A stretch of 57,433 bases of DNA, filler included, from Planctomycetota bacterium (lineage in GTDB: Bacteria; Planctomycetota; Planctomycetia; JALXBF01), in the NCBI GenBank assembly GCA_026991575.1. It is 6 parts of 6 records of this genome, joined end to end, with 100 filler letters (N's around TTAATTAATTAA, not from the genome) between each part and the next. Parts side by side here need not be neighbours in the genome. Positions count along the whole stretch, not along the records: positions 1 to 11,022 come from JALXBF010000171.1; positions 11,123 to 22,086 come from JALXBF010000172.1; 4 more parts are not named here. One strand, written 5' to 3'. Positions 9,404 through 19,800 of this stretch are shown here, piece after piece. Both the position numbers and the translations under genes were made by a program. Every line of letters starts with the position of its first letter. The first letter of the stretch is position 1. Under the pieces are notes generated by a model, which was given only the letters and a program-made list of their open reading frames with translations, had not been told where the DNA came from and did no database searches.

Positions 9404-10573
9404 ATGGACTTCAGGGCTTTCCTTGCGCACGGGCTGCCGGCCCTTGTCGTGCTGGCCATCGGGCTTCTGCCCGGAGCTCGGCAGGAGCCCGGCAAACCTG
9501 CCGCTGGGGAGCCGGACCGGACAGTCCTAGCACGCATTGACCAGTTGGTCGAGCAAGCGATCGGTCGGGGCGACTGCCCCGGTGCTGTCGTCTTGGTCAC
9601 TCACCGGTACCGACCGGTCTGGTTCAAAGCCTATGGTCACCGCCAGCTGCGGCCCGTGCCCGAGTTGATGACCCGGGATACGCTCTTTGACATGGCTTCG
9701 CTGACCAAGGTCATGGCCACCGCTACCTCGGTCATGATCCTGATCGATCGCGGCCGAATTGCATTGGATGATCCGGTGGCGCGGTATCTGCCGGAGTTTG
9801 GCACCAACGGCAAAGAGCGAATCACCGTTGAGCAACTGCTGCGTCACCGCGGCGGTCTCATCCCGGACAATCCGCTACGCGACTACCGGCACGGCCCTGA
9901 AGAGGCGTGGCGTCGCATCTGCGCGCTGAGGCCAGTCTACCCGGTCGGGGAACGTTTCAAGTACACGGACGTGGGCTACATTGTGCTCGGCAAGCTGGTG
10001 GAGCGGGTCAGCGGCAAGCCACTGGACCGTTTCGCGCACGAGGAGATCTTTGATCCGCTGGGGATGAAGGACACGATGTTCTGCCCGCCGCCCGAGCTCC
10101 ATTCGCGGTGCGCGCCGGCGGACAGACGCAACGGCCGCTGGATCCGTGGTGAGGTTCATGACCCGCGCGCCTATCTGCTGGGTGGTGTTGCCGGCCATGC
10201 CGGGTTGTTCTCCACAGCAACTGACACGGCGACGTTTGCCCACATGATCCTGGCAGGTGGCTCGTGGCGAGGGCGTCGGATCCTGTCGGAAGGGGCCGTC
10301 CGGTTGATGGTCGACCCAGGGGACACGCCCCATGGCCAGATGCGCGGACTGGGGTGGGACATCGACACAGGCTACTCAGGCCCGCGAGGCGAACGGTTTC
10401 CGGTGGGCAGCTTTGGGCACACCGGCTTTACGGGCACGTCGCTGTGGATCGACCCGGAGTCCCGGACGGTGGTTATCATCCTCACGAATCGGTTGCACCC
10501 GGACGGCAAAGGCGATGTGCGCCGCCTGAGGCGCGAGATTGCCACGGTCGTTGCCGAAGCCGTGGGATACTAA
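9404..10573 (+). CDS. Secreted serine hydrolase, beta-lactamase/AmiE-like family
   Basis: Signal peptide, FDMASLTK (SxxK), YTD, GEVHDP, GHAGLFS and FGHTGFTGTS motifs. Confidence 0.88.
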   Translation: MDFRAFLAHGLPALVVLAIGLLPGARQEPGKPAAGEPDRTVLARIDQLVEQAIGRGDCPGAVVLVTHRYRPVWFKAYGHRQLRPVPELMTRDTLFDMASLTKVMATATSVMILIDRGRIALDDPVARYLPEFGTNGKERITVEQLLRHRGGLIPDNPLRDYRHGPEEAWRRICALRPVYPVGERFKYTDVGYIVLGKLVERVSGKPLDRFAHEEIFDPLGMKDTMFCPPPELHSRCAPADRRNGRWIRGEVHDPRAYLLGGVAGHAGLFSTATDTATFAHMILAGGSWRGRRILSEGAVRLMVDPGDTPHGQMRGLGWDIDTGYSGPRGERFPVGSFGHTGFTGTSLWIDPESRTVVIILTNRLHPDGKGDVRRLRREIATVVAEAVGY

Positions 10574-10680
10574 GGGCGCCGCCGTGGTGCACCGGCCGCG
10601 CTACCGGCGCGCCGGGAAGTACTACAGACTACCGTAATTGCCGTTGCCGGACGCACGCACGGGACGAAGCACGACAGCGG

Positions 10681-11022
10681 TTACTGCGCGTACTCCAGTT
10701 CGACCACCTCGATTTCTCGAATCATTTCAATGGCTCGCACGACTGGCAGCAGGGACACCATGGCATCGATACCCCCTAGTGCCGAGTCGCCGAGCTTGAT
10801 GTGGACGGCATCTAGCTTGCCGCGTCCCAGGGTCGCGTCGAATCCGCGCCAGTGACCGTTGATGAAGATCTCCGTCCACATATGTCCGCCGAACTTACCT
10901 ACCGACGGTGCGTAGACGAAGCCCACGGCGACGCGGGCCGGCAGTCCCTGCGCTCGCGCCATGGCAGCAAGCAAGACCGCATGTTCCGTGCAATCTCCCT
11001 CCATCGACTCAGCGACCGCCGC
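10681..11022 (-). CDS. Transglutaminase-like domain protein (C-terminal part; 5' end lost at contig edge)
   Basis: GDCTEHAVLL, HMWTE and FDAT give the Cys-His-Asp triad. Confidence 0.85.
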   Translation of the reverse strand, partial: AAVAESMEGDCTEHAVLLAAMARAQGLPARVAVGFVYAPSVGKFGGHMWTEIFINGHWRGFDATLGRGKLDAVHIKLGDSALGGIDAMVSLLPVVRAIEMIREIEVVELEYAQ

Positions 11023-11122
11023 NNNNNNNNNNNNNNNNNNNNNNNNNNNNNNNNNNNNNNNNNNNNTTAATTAATTAANNNNNNNNNNNNNNNNNNNNNN
11101 NNNNNNNNNNNNNNNNNNNNNN
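11023..11122. other. Artificial contig linker (N44-TTAATTAATTAA-N44)
   Basis: Seen directly; the 12-mer has stop codons in all six frames. Confidence 0.98.
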
Positions 11123-11493
11123 TAACCTGGGCGATCGCCCACGTTGCGGTACGCGTGCACGACACCCGGTGGCACGATGACCATTCTCGGCTGTTCTTCA
11201 CCGGCAACGATCACCTGACGCACACCTCGGCTGGGCGAATCATCACGCGTGTCCCACAGGTAGATCTCGAATGTCGACGGACCGACGAAGCCAAACAGGT
11301 CGGTCTGGTCCCGATGTTCATGTGGCCCACGGGTAATGCCCGGGAAGGTTAACGACACGTAGGCCATGACCGGGTAGTGGTCAGGATCGAGCTCATCGTG
11401 ACGGAAAAGTTCGATGAGCCAGCCGCGCTGGTCGCTATAGCGCGTCAGATCGCGCACGATGACGTCATGGATGGTGCCGTCGCTGAAAGTCAC
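11123..11493 (-). CDS. dTDP-4-dehydrorhamnose 3,5-epimerase family cupin (3' partial)
   Basis: DQRGWLIELFR, TRGPHEHRDQTD, WDTRDDSPS and VPPGVVHAY motifs. Confidence 0.85.
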
Positions 11494-11924
11494 GGTCGCT
11501 TCCTCTTGGGTTCCTTCCGAGCACGCGTTTCGTTGTCATCGTTAGCCGATTTGTCCGGCGTTGCCAATAGGGGTCGACACGGCGGGCTAGCTGAGCCAGC
11601 GCGTGGACCGCCGGCCCCGTTCCGCTCGGTTTGCGACAGCGCTCGGAGCGTGCCCAGGGGGGTTAGTGTCATGGCCTGATCGTTCACGCTCACCGGACCG
11701 CGCAGGCTGTCGTGCCGGCCCCTTGACCGGAACATGCGGGTTTGGCAGAATGTAGGCGTTCTGAGCGAGAAAGGGGCATTGTCGCCGGCGGGACGGCTTG
11801 CACGGACTGCAACAACTGGTCGGAACAACCTTGCGTCGCCGCGCTGTCGTCCGCGCTGGGGCGAAGGTGCCGGAAGAGCGCGTTCTGTTTGGAGCCGGGT
11901 GTACACGGCGAGGAGGTGATCGCG

Positions 11925-12194
11925 ATGGATAAGCGCAGGAGCTTAGCACCGGCGGCTCAGGCGGCGCTTCGACAGAGTCCCTTCCCGGCGCTGCGGAGCG
12001 TGGAGGTTTACGAGCACGACGGCTGCATCGTCCTCTGCGGCAAGGTGAGCCGCTATTACCTGAAACAACTTGCCCAGGAGGCCGTGCTCCGCGTGGTCGA
12101 GGCCGCAGTGCCGGTGGATAACCGGCTGGAGGTCGAAAAGAAGAGCCGCCCGAGTGAGAAGCGGAGTCGCGTCAGCTCAGTCGGTTATTCGTAA
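11925..12194 (+). CDS. Small BON-like domain protein
   Basis: AGGAGG RBS at 11911; ALRQSPFPALRSVEV...IVLCGKVSRYYLKQLAQEAV...VDNRLEV. Confidence 0.75.
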   Translation: MDKRRSLAPAAQAALRQSPFPALRSVEVYEHDGCIVLCGKVSRYYLKQLAQEAVLRVVEAAVPVDNRLEVEKKSRPSEKRSRVSSVGYS

Positions 12195-12221
12195 CGCACA
12201 GCGGCACGCATAACAGGGCGA

Positions 12222-13496
12222 TCAGCGACGTATCAGCAGAGCATCGGCCCAATCAGCGTGGTCAAGGACGTCGCCGAAGGCACCGAAATCGGTGATCAGA
12301 GTTAGCTCCTTGGCCCCGTCCAGGGGGATCTGTATCGTTGCCGGCGCAGAGTTGCCCGTCAGCGGCTCAGAACGAAACTTCTCCTGTCCATCCACCAGCA
12401 CACGGAATACAACACTACCGCCCCCTCCCGTGTTGTCGTCAACACCCACTACGGCACGAAACAGACGATACTCTCCGTTCAGTGTGTAGGTCAGCTCGGA
12501 GCGGCTATGCACGCCAATGCCTTTCCGGTACCGCCGACCACGTAACCGCAACGGCGTGCCTCCGATTGCCTGGTCCCGCTGCCACCCGTAGCGCAGCCTA
12601 CCCAAATAGGGCACATAGCGGTACCGAGCAGGCTCAAGATCGGACAGGTACACAACCCGGCCACCGTAGAACTCCAGCAACCGCAACCGCTCCAGCGGGA
12701 TCGTCACCTCCGCCGAACCGTATCCAGTCAGCCCGTGCAACCGGCTGCCACGCAACTGGGCACGCGTCAGCCTCAACTCGCTGCCATCGTCCAGCACGGC
12801 CACCGCATGCAGCCCCTCAGGCGGTTCACAGGCGATCAGTTGCCGGTTCAACACGATCACCTTCACCTGGTTCCGCGGCACCGTCAATTCGGTACCATCC
12901 TGATCCAGGGTGATCTTGTCCGAAGCGACCGACAGGATCGTGCCTCGTAGCCGATCGTCGTTGGCCAGCCACAGTTCGTCGGCATCAGGCTGATGTGAGC
13001 GGATTGCACTTACTAACCGATTGCACACGGTCGGGTCACTTTCTACGGCCAGGATCACGCCGTAGACACATTCCAGCGGCACGCGGATCATCCCAACCGA
13101 CTCAGAGCGCAACCGCAGCGCTTCTTCGTCCATGGTCACGACCACGCCGCGAAGCCGCTCGCCCGTGGCCAGCACCACCTGAGGTCCGACAGGCACGTCA
13201 GGCAGGTTTCCCGGGCGGCCTAGCCTGATGAGCTCCGCTCCGGCCAGCCGATGGCGACTGCCATCATCGAGCTGGAGCGTCAGCTGCCAGTCGTCGTCAA
13301 GCTCGACTAACTCGCCCGCCAGCTCCTTGCCCTCGGCCGTCAGCGCAACGAAACTTGCCGGCGCAGGCGGCGAAGCGAACGTGCAAGCTGCGGGGACGGC
13401 AAGGGCAAGTTGCGCGACCCACCCAGCCAGGATCACTTCCGCGATGCGTGTCCACATGAGGCAAGTCCTATGCGGCCGGATCAACCTGCGAGACAT
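12222..13496 (-). CDS. Secreted protein with C-terminal NPCBM/NEW2 carbohydrate-binding domain
   Basis: VYLSDL, YRKGIGVHSRSELTY, FRAVVGVDD, GSVVFRVLVDG and DHADWADA motifs; overlaps the rho stop. Confidence 0.85.
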   Translation of the reverse strand: MSRRLIRPHRTCLMWTRIAEVILAGWVAQLALAVPAACTFASPPAPASFVALTAEGKELAGELVELDDDWQLTLQLDDGSRHRLAGAELIRLGRPGNLPDVPVGPQVVLATGERLRGVVVTMDEEALRLRSESVGMIRVPLECVYGVILAVESDPTVCNRLVSAIRSHQPDADELWLANDDRLRGTILSVASDKITLDQDGTELTVPRNQVKVIVLNRQLIACEPPEGLHAVAVLDDGSELRLTRAQLRGSRLHGLTGYGSAEVTIPLERLRLLEFYGGRVVYLSDLEPARYRYVPYLGRLRYGWQRDQAIGGTPLRLRGRRYRKGIGVHSRSELTYTLNGEYRLFRAVVGVDDNTGGGGSVVFRVLVDGQEKFRSEPLTGNSAPATIQIPLDGAKELTLITDFGAFGDVLDHADWADALLIRR

Positions 13497-14796
13497 GGGC
13501 CAGAAATTCCTTGTTCGATGGATAACGCCTCATCGTATTGACCAACAGCTCCATGGCCTCCACCGGCTTCATGCCGGCCAGGCTGCGGCGCAGCAGGGTA
13601 ACGCTGCGGAGCGTTTGGGGGTCGAATAGCTTTTCTTCTTTCCGGGTGCCCGAGCGGGCCACATCGATTGCCGGCCAGATCCGCCGTTCGGCCAGCCGCC
13701 GGTCCAGGACGACCTCCATGTTGCCCGTCCCTTTAAACTCTTCGAAGATGATCTCATCCATCCGACTGCCGGTCTCGACCAGAGCGGTGGCGACCACCGT
13801 CACCGAGCCTCCCTCTTCGAACGCTCGGGCCGTGCCGAAGAGGCTCTTGGGCATGTCCATAGCTCGGACGTCCAGCCCTCCGGTCATGGTTCTGCCGCCG
13901 CTTTCGCCCGCCTTGTTCGAGGCGCGGGCGAGTCGCGTGATAGAGTCCAGCAGTACGAAAACGTCGCGACCTGCTTCGGCCAGTCGTTTCGCGCGCTCGA
14001 TAATCAGTTTTGCCAGCCGCAAATGTTCACGGGCTGGGCGGTCCATCGACGACGCTACCACCTCACCACGAACCGTTCGCCGGAACTCAGTGACTTCTTC
14101 CGGCCGTTCGTCGATCAGCAGCATGATCAGGTGCAGTTCGGGATGGTTCGTCGAGATGGCGGTGGCCAGATGCTGGAGCAGGATCGTCTTGCCGGACCGA
14201 GGGGGAGCAACGATCAGCCCACGCTGACCCTTGCCGATCGGCGTCAGGATGTCCATGACCCGCATCGTGATCGGCTCGGGGCCCGTCTCCAGCACAAGCC
14301 GTTCGGTGGGATCGACCGGGGTTCGCTCGTCGAACGGCTTCAGCTCGCTCCAGCGGTCCGGCGGCAGACCTTCCACACTGAGAACTTCCGTAACCACCGG
14401 AGCCGTACCGTTGCCGCGATCGGCTGCTCGAGCGGCGATCAGGACCCCGGGCCGGAGCCGGTAGCTGCCGATGACGGCATCCGGCACAATCGGATCGTTG
14501 TCGCGAGGGGCGTAGTTCGCGTCACGGTCGCGCAGGCGCGCTTCCCGCGAGCTGATCGGCTCCAGCACGCCGCGGACCTCGATGATCGGCTCATTGCCCG
14601 TCAGGCGAACGACGGCATCCCGCGTGCGTCGCGTCGCCCGCTGTTTGGGGCGGTTGCTGCGCGCCGCGTTGGCACGCCGGTTGGCGGCCTGAGTCCGGCC
14701 GCTGCGGCCGCCGCTACTCCGTGCGCTCCGGCCCGTTGGCTGCCGCGAACGCGAACGACGGCCGGTTCGTTGATTGGCCCGGTAGCGTGGCGCCAT
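13468..14796 (-). CDS. rho: Transcription termination factor Rho (atypical N-terminus)
   Basis: PIGKGQRGLIVAPPRSGKT, LLIDERPEEVT, LLDSITRLARA, EEFKGTGNME and SGTRKEEKL; AGGAG RBS before ATG 14796. Confidence 0.93.
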   Translation of the reverse strand: MAPRYRANQRTGRRSRSRQPTGRSARSSGGRSGRTQAANRRANAARSNRPKQRATRRTRDAVVRLTGNEPIIEVRGVLEPISSREARLRDRDANYAPRDNDPIVPDAVIGSYRLRPGVLIAARAADRGNGTAPVVTEVLSVEGLPPDRWSELKPFDERTPVDPTERLVLETGPEPITMRVMDILTPIGKGQRGLIVAPPRSGKTILLQHLATAISTNHPELHLIMLLIDERPEEVTEFRRTVRGEVVASSMDRPAREHLRLAKLIIERAKRLAEAGRDVFVLLDSITRLARASNKAGESGGRTMTGGLDVRAMDMPKSLFGTARAFEEGGSVTVVATALVETGSRMDEIIFEEFKGTGNMEVVLDRRLAERRIWPAIDVARSGTRKEEKLFDPQTLRSVTLLRRSLAGMKPVEAMELLVNTMRRYPSNKEFLAHVSQVDPAA

Positions 14797-14905
14797 CGGA
14801 TACTCCTTCCTGAAATCAGTTCGGTTGTTCACCGACTCTTCCGTCGCGCAGCGTCGACGCGGCCGCTGCTGCGGTGAGGTGCCTGGACGGGCGCTGCAGC
14901 CCGTA

Positions 14906-16024
14906 TTACCGCTGGAAGATCGGCAGGTGGGTGTTCGGTGTCTGCAGAATGATCACGGCCATGGCGGTGCCGTATTCACGGCACACCGTGTTGTCGTCCC
15001 AGTATCCGGCGGGCCGCACCTGCGTAGCCAAAAGCTCGTCCCGGATGGCAGGATACCAGCGATTCCAGTACGCGCCGCCCGCTTGCCACATGGCCTGAAC
15101 GGCGTAGTAGTGACCGTAGAAGTAGTGACTCGTCCGACGGTTCAACCCTCGGTTGGGCAAGAAGTTCTGCATCAAGTAGTCCAAACCGCGCTGGATCTGG
15201 TCCCCTTCATAAATGCCCGCGCTATACAGGGCCACGATGCCGGCAGCAGACCTCGGCGGAGCACTTGCCCCACCGTGAATCATATACATGAACCCCCCAT
15301 CCGCGTTCTGGCTGCGACGCACATAGTCCGTGCACTTGTCCACCACCTCCTTCGGCACATAGATGCCAGCATTCCGAGCTGCACGCAATGCCATGATCTG
15401 GCACACGGTCACCGAGATGTCTGCATCCACCGAGCCGGGGAAATACCGCCAGCCACCGTCTTTGTTCTGGCTGTTGATGATCAGTCGCACCGCCTTCTTC
15501 AGCTTCTCGCGGATCCCGGGCCGCTGCGTCATCCCGTACACTTCGGCCAGGAATAACGTTGCAAAGCCATGGCCGTACATCGGCCCATGGAACGTCGTTC
15601 CCTTCGATTCAATGAAACCAGACTCCCCGGTACAGTCCAGAATGTACTGCACCGCCCGCTCCACCACATCGCCATAAGGCCCCTCCAGCGGCATGTGGCC
15701 CGCGGTCATGAACGCCAGCCCCGCCAGCGCCGTGACCGCAACATTGCCGCGGTAGCCGCCGGACCCAAATGAGCCGTCGTCAGCCTGCTGCTGGGCCAGC
15801 CAAGAAAGCCCTAGCTCCACAGCGCTGCGCGTCATCGGCGTGTAATGGCTCACCAGAGCGGCAATCTCATCGTCGGACCGCCGCCCGGCCTGCCCCGGCC
15901 GATCGACCTGCTCCTGACCCTGGGGTGTCCGAGCGGCCAGCAGAGTCGACCCGCCCCGCCAGCACCAGACAGCCAGCAGCAGCGCAAGCGCCAAGGCAAC
16001 CCCGCGCCGAATATGCCGGCTCAT
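14906..16024 (-). CDS. Secreted prenyltransferase/squalene-oxidase repeat (alpha/alpha barrel) protein
   Basis: QW-like repeats QQADDGSF, SQNKDGGWRY and SQNADGGFMY; MYGHGFATLFLAE; ADISVTVCQIMALRAARNAG; N-terminal hydrophobic segment. Confidence 0.85.
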   Translation of the reverse strand: MSRHIRRGVALALALLLAVWCWRGGSTLLAARTPQGQEQVDRPGQAGRRSDDEIAALVSHYTPMTRSAVELGLSWLAQQQADDGSFGSGGYRGNVAVTALAGLAFMTAGHMPLEGPYGDVVERAVQYILDCTGESGFIESKGTTFHGPMYGHGFATLFLAEVYGMTQRPGIREKLKKAVRLIINSQNKDGGWRYFPGSVDADISVTVCQIMALRAARNAGIYVPKEVVDKCTDYVRRSQNADGGFMYMIHGGASAPPRSAAGIVALYSAGIYEGDQIQRGLDYLMQNFLPNRGLNRRTSHYFYGHYYAVQAMWQAGGAYWNRWYPAIRDELLATQVRPAGYWDDNTVCREYGTAMAVIILQTPNTHLPIFQR

Positions 16025-16064
16025 GGCCTGCTCAGTCACTCGACCACGCATGCGTCGCCTTCTG

Positions 16065-16838
16065 CTAGCGATTCCCTGCTCCTTGCTCAGCCAGCGTGCG
16101 GAAGTAGCGCTCAATCAAGAGCTCATACTGAGGTAGCAGCGTGGCACTAAAGGCCTGCTCCATCTGCTCACGCATCTTCGGCGGCAGGTGGCCCCAGATC
16201 GCCTTGGCCATCCGTTCCAGTTCCGCCTTGGACCTGGCATCCGGCCCCCGCGGCATCGTGCGGCGAGCGTCGCGGGCCGGCTGATTGCCAATCTGACTGG
16301 AAGCCTGCTGCTGACGCTGCTGCTGAGCCTGAGCGGCTGCACGCTGCCTCTGCTGAACATGCTGCTGGCAATTGCTCTTGCCACACTGCGGACAGGCCTG
16401 CCCTGATTGCATCTTCTTTAGCAACTCATCCAGGTCCTTGATAATCGCTTCCTGCAATTGGATCGTCTCCTGGCCGGTATCCGCCTGCGCCAGCCGCTTC
16501 TGAACCGCCCGCATGCGATCGCCGATACGAATCAGCGGCGGATCCTCTTCGGCTTCGGAGACCGCTTCCCCTTCATTGGCCTCCTTCTCCAGCTTCTCTA
16601 ACAACTCATCCGACAACGCATCGTCCGCAAGAGGGTCAACCTCTGAGTCATCCTTCGTCGTGGGTTCGGCAGGCTTATTTGCCCCTGAGTCCGCCGCTCT
16701 GCCGTTCTTCTGCTCCGCTGGCTTCGTAGCAGCTTGCTGGGGCTGCTTAGCGTCCTGCGCGGATTCACCCGCATCAAGCAACGCCGCAGCCGCTAGCACG
16801 CTGCACACGGTGACGAGCACGATCAACCAGCGTGTCAT
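16065..16838 (-). CDS. Secreted helical hypothetical protein
   Basis: Signal peptide, acidic linker, MRAVQKRL...TIQLQEAII, C-terminal WGHLPPKMREQM...YELLIERYFRTLAE; 4-bp overlap with the upstream gene. Confidence 0.75.
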   Translation of the reverse strand: MTRWLIVLVTVCSVLAAAALLDAGESAQDAKQPQQAATKPAEQKNGRAADSGANKPAEPTTKDDSEVDPLADDALSDELLEKLEKEANEGEAVSEAEEDPPLIRIGDRMRAVQKRLAQADTGQETIQLQEAIIKDLDELLKKMQSGQACPQCGKSNCQQHVQQRQRAAAQAQQQRQQQASSQIGNQPARDARRTMPRGPDARSKAELERMAKAIWGHLPPKMREQMEQAFSATLLPQYELLIERYFRTLAEQGAGNR

Positions 16839-19800
16839 CGCTTCTCTCCGTTCTGCGGTTCGTCGTCTGCGGCGGGCGCGGTCAACTGTCGGACGATGTC
16901 GGCCAGCTCCCCCTGAAGCTGCTCCAGCTCTTTGAGGCGCTGACGGTCGGCGTCACTCAGCTTGCCCTGCTGCCGTAGCTGCTCAATCTGTTCGGTGGCG
17001 GCCTTGATGTCGATCTGAAGCATTTTCAACAGCTTGAGCTGGGCAATCAGCGAGATTCCACTGCCGCCGCCGCTACCACCTCCGCCAGAACCTCCGCTAC
17101 CTTGCTGCCGTTGGTTCCCCTCTGCGTCCTGCTTCAACGCCTCTAGTAGTTTAGCAATCTGCGCGGCTGCCTGCTGCTGGAGCCGGGCCGTGGGCTCATC
17201 GACGGAACGCTGCTTCAGCCGCTGCAGCGCGCGCTCCATGAGACCCGTGGCGTGCTTGAGGACCAGGGCAAAGGCAGGTGCAGAATCCAGCGCCCCAATG
17301 GCTTCTTCAGTATCCGCCCGGATCCGGCTCTGCTCCTCCCGCAACCGGCCCAGTGTGGCCAGCAGCGGACGCGTCCAGCGACCGCCGTATCGCTGCTTTC
17401 GTGTTTGCCGGATCCGAACCGTTTCCTCGGCAGCTGCCTTCTGCCGCTCATACAGGCTGGCCAATTGGCTTTCGATCTGGCGCAGTTGTTCCATGGCCAG
17501 CAGCGCTTCGGCCTCGCGGCGAGCCCGCTGCAATTCCTGTTGGGCCTGCTGCAACTCCTCCAGCACACGCTCCTGCTGTTGCTGAGCGGCTCCGGGATTG
17601 TTCTGGGCCATGCTCTGACCCGCCTGGCCCATGCGGCCTGCTGCCGAGCTGGATCGCCGAGCGGCGCGGCGAGCGTTCAAGCGGGCCATCTGCTGAGCCA
17701 ACCGGCTCAGCTGCTGCTCCAGTTGGCGCTGCTGGCGCGCGAGCCGCTGGAGCTCCCGACGGCGTTGCTCGTCGTCGGCTTGGTCTGCTACCTGACGCGT
17801 GCGCTGGAGCAGCTGCAGCTGTCGGCGGCGCACATCCTCCAGCTTGCGTTCCAGTTCCCGGAGCTGCTCGACCAGTTCCTTCAGGTCCGGCGTGGCGTTC
17901 TGTTGCAGGGCATCGAGCAGGGCCTTCAAGTCTTCAGCTGCCTGCCTCTGTTGCTGAGTGGCCTGGCCGATGCGGTTGGCGCGTAGCTGGCGGGCAGCGT
18001 CGCGCATCAGGTCCTCCGTCCCGGCTCGTTCGATGTTCTCTGCTGCCTGACGCAGCGTCTCGGCAGCCAGGGGATCTTGTTGCGCGAGCCGTTCGCTAAG
18101 CTGCCGCATCCGTGCACGCAACTGCCGCAAACCGCCGCGCAGCTGCTCCTGCCGGTTACTCAGCTTGCCCAGCTCGGCACGCAGCTCGGGCGAAAGCTGC
18201 TCGGGTGACTTGCCCACCGTCCTGGCACCAAGTTCGCGAGCCTGTTCGATGAGCTTCTCTTGCTGATCGGCCAGCCGCTGCGCGTCGCGGGCAACCGCGC
18301 GCAGGTTCTCGTAGCGGCCGAACTCCTCAAGCATCCGCTGCAGCTCGTGCACGACCTGCTGCTGTGCTTGCCGTGCCCGAGCCAGTGCTTGCTCGCCGCG
18401 CTGCGGCAGCGTCCGCTGACGACGGGCAGCCGTCTCGGCCGCTTTGCGCGCCACCAGCAACTGACGCTCCGCCTCGGCCAACGCCGACCGGTCTAGCGTA
18501 TCTGCCGCAGCGATCAGCTCGCGGAGCCGCTGAGCCAGTTCGTCCTGTTCGAGCCGGTTGTTTTCCAGCGCTTCGAGCGTCTCCTGGGCCAGTCGCCGCA
18601 GACCGCTACTGCCAGTCAGCCGCCGACGAACCTGCTGCTGCGATAGTTCCGTTGCGCGCATCTGGCCGACGGTCTCTTCCTTCACAGCCGCGTCCTGCTG
18701 AGCCTCTTCAAGTAAATCCTGCACATCAGCAACCGCCCGTTCCTGCTGCCGCAACACCCGCTCCAGCTCCTCCTGAATCGCCCGTTGCCGGTCTGCGAGC
18801 CGCTCCAGAAGCTCTTCGCCCGTGACCACGTACGCACGCAGCAACCGGCTCTTCGCTACGTTCGGCCCGCGAAGGTTGTCCGCATCGGCGGCCAGGATCT
18901 GGAAGCTGACAACCTCGCCGACCGTCAGTTTCAACTGCTCCAGTTCCCATAGGTAACTCGCTTCGACCCGTTCCTGGGGCTTCTGAGGACCAAACAGATC
19001 GATGGTCGCCGGTTTCTCCGGCTCCTCCTCGCCTTTCCAGTAAGCCAGCCACACATGCCGCACGCCGTAGTCATCCTTGACGGTCACCTGGACGGGTAAC
19101 CTGGCCCGTGGCGTTACGTAGACCGCCCCCTGGGGTTTGTCCACGAAAACCTCCGGGGCCTTGTCACGCAGGGCTCGCAGCTCATAGCGAGTGAACCGCC
19201 GATTCATCAGGCCGTCCGTGTCCACGAGTCGGAGCCAGTACGTGCCGTCGCGTTCGAGACGGAACGTGGCCGAGCCGCTGCGACGGTCGCTGCCCAGTTG
19301 CAGCGGGATCGTGCTGCGATCGTCAAAGACCAGCTCCGCGCGAGCGACCGGCTTGGTGAAGTTGGCCGCCACCTGGAGCTGACTTCCCCACACAGCCCGC
19401 ACATGGCCGGTGCCGGCGGGCAGCGTTTCGGTGCCCTTGGCGGTGTATTCCGGATAGGTGACCGTGATCTGGAGCCGGGCAACGTCCGGCGGCGGTAGCA
19501 CCTGGACCTGGACCGGGCCCAGCGATGCGCCCCCCGCTTCGATCGTCAACTCAAAGGGCGACAGGATACTCTCCAGGGCAGCCACGAATTCCCGCCGGCC
19601 TTGAGGACGCATCGGCTCGCTGGTGCGGCCACCCTCGCGGAATGCGAAGTGGGCAACCGCTCGGTCAGGGACCCGGCCTGACACGACCCGGACCCGCACT
19701 CGGTACGGCTCACCACGGGCCAGCCGATCGCGCAGCTCGACAAACTCCAGCACGGTCTGGTGCGGCCAGCGGGCCGAGCCAAACGGCGCGTAGAGGCGCG

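Noticed and set aside
11815..11835. Sigma54-like GG...TTGC upstream of the BON gene
   Set aside because: GG-to-GC spacing is 9 nt rather than the required 10.
13538..14877. Long plus-strand ORFs antisense to rho, and similar shadow ORFs across the window
   Set aside because: Typical high-GC antisense open frames over well-supported genes, with no motifs of their own.
17000..18800. Repetitive CTGCTG-rich DNA
   Set aside because: Reflects Gln/Leu/Ala-rich coiled-coil coding; no repeat-spacer structure, so not CRISPR.
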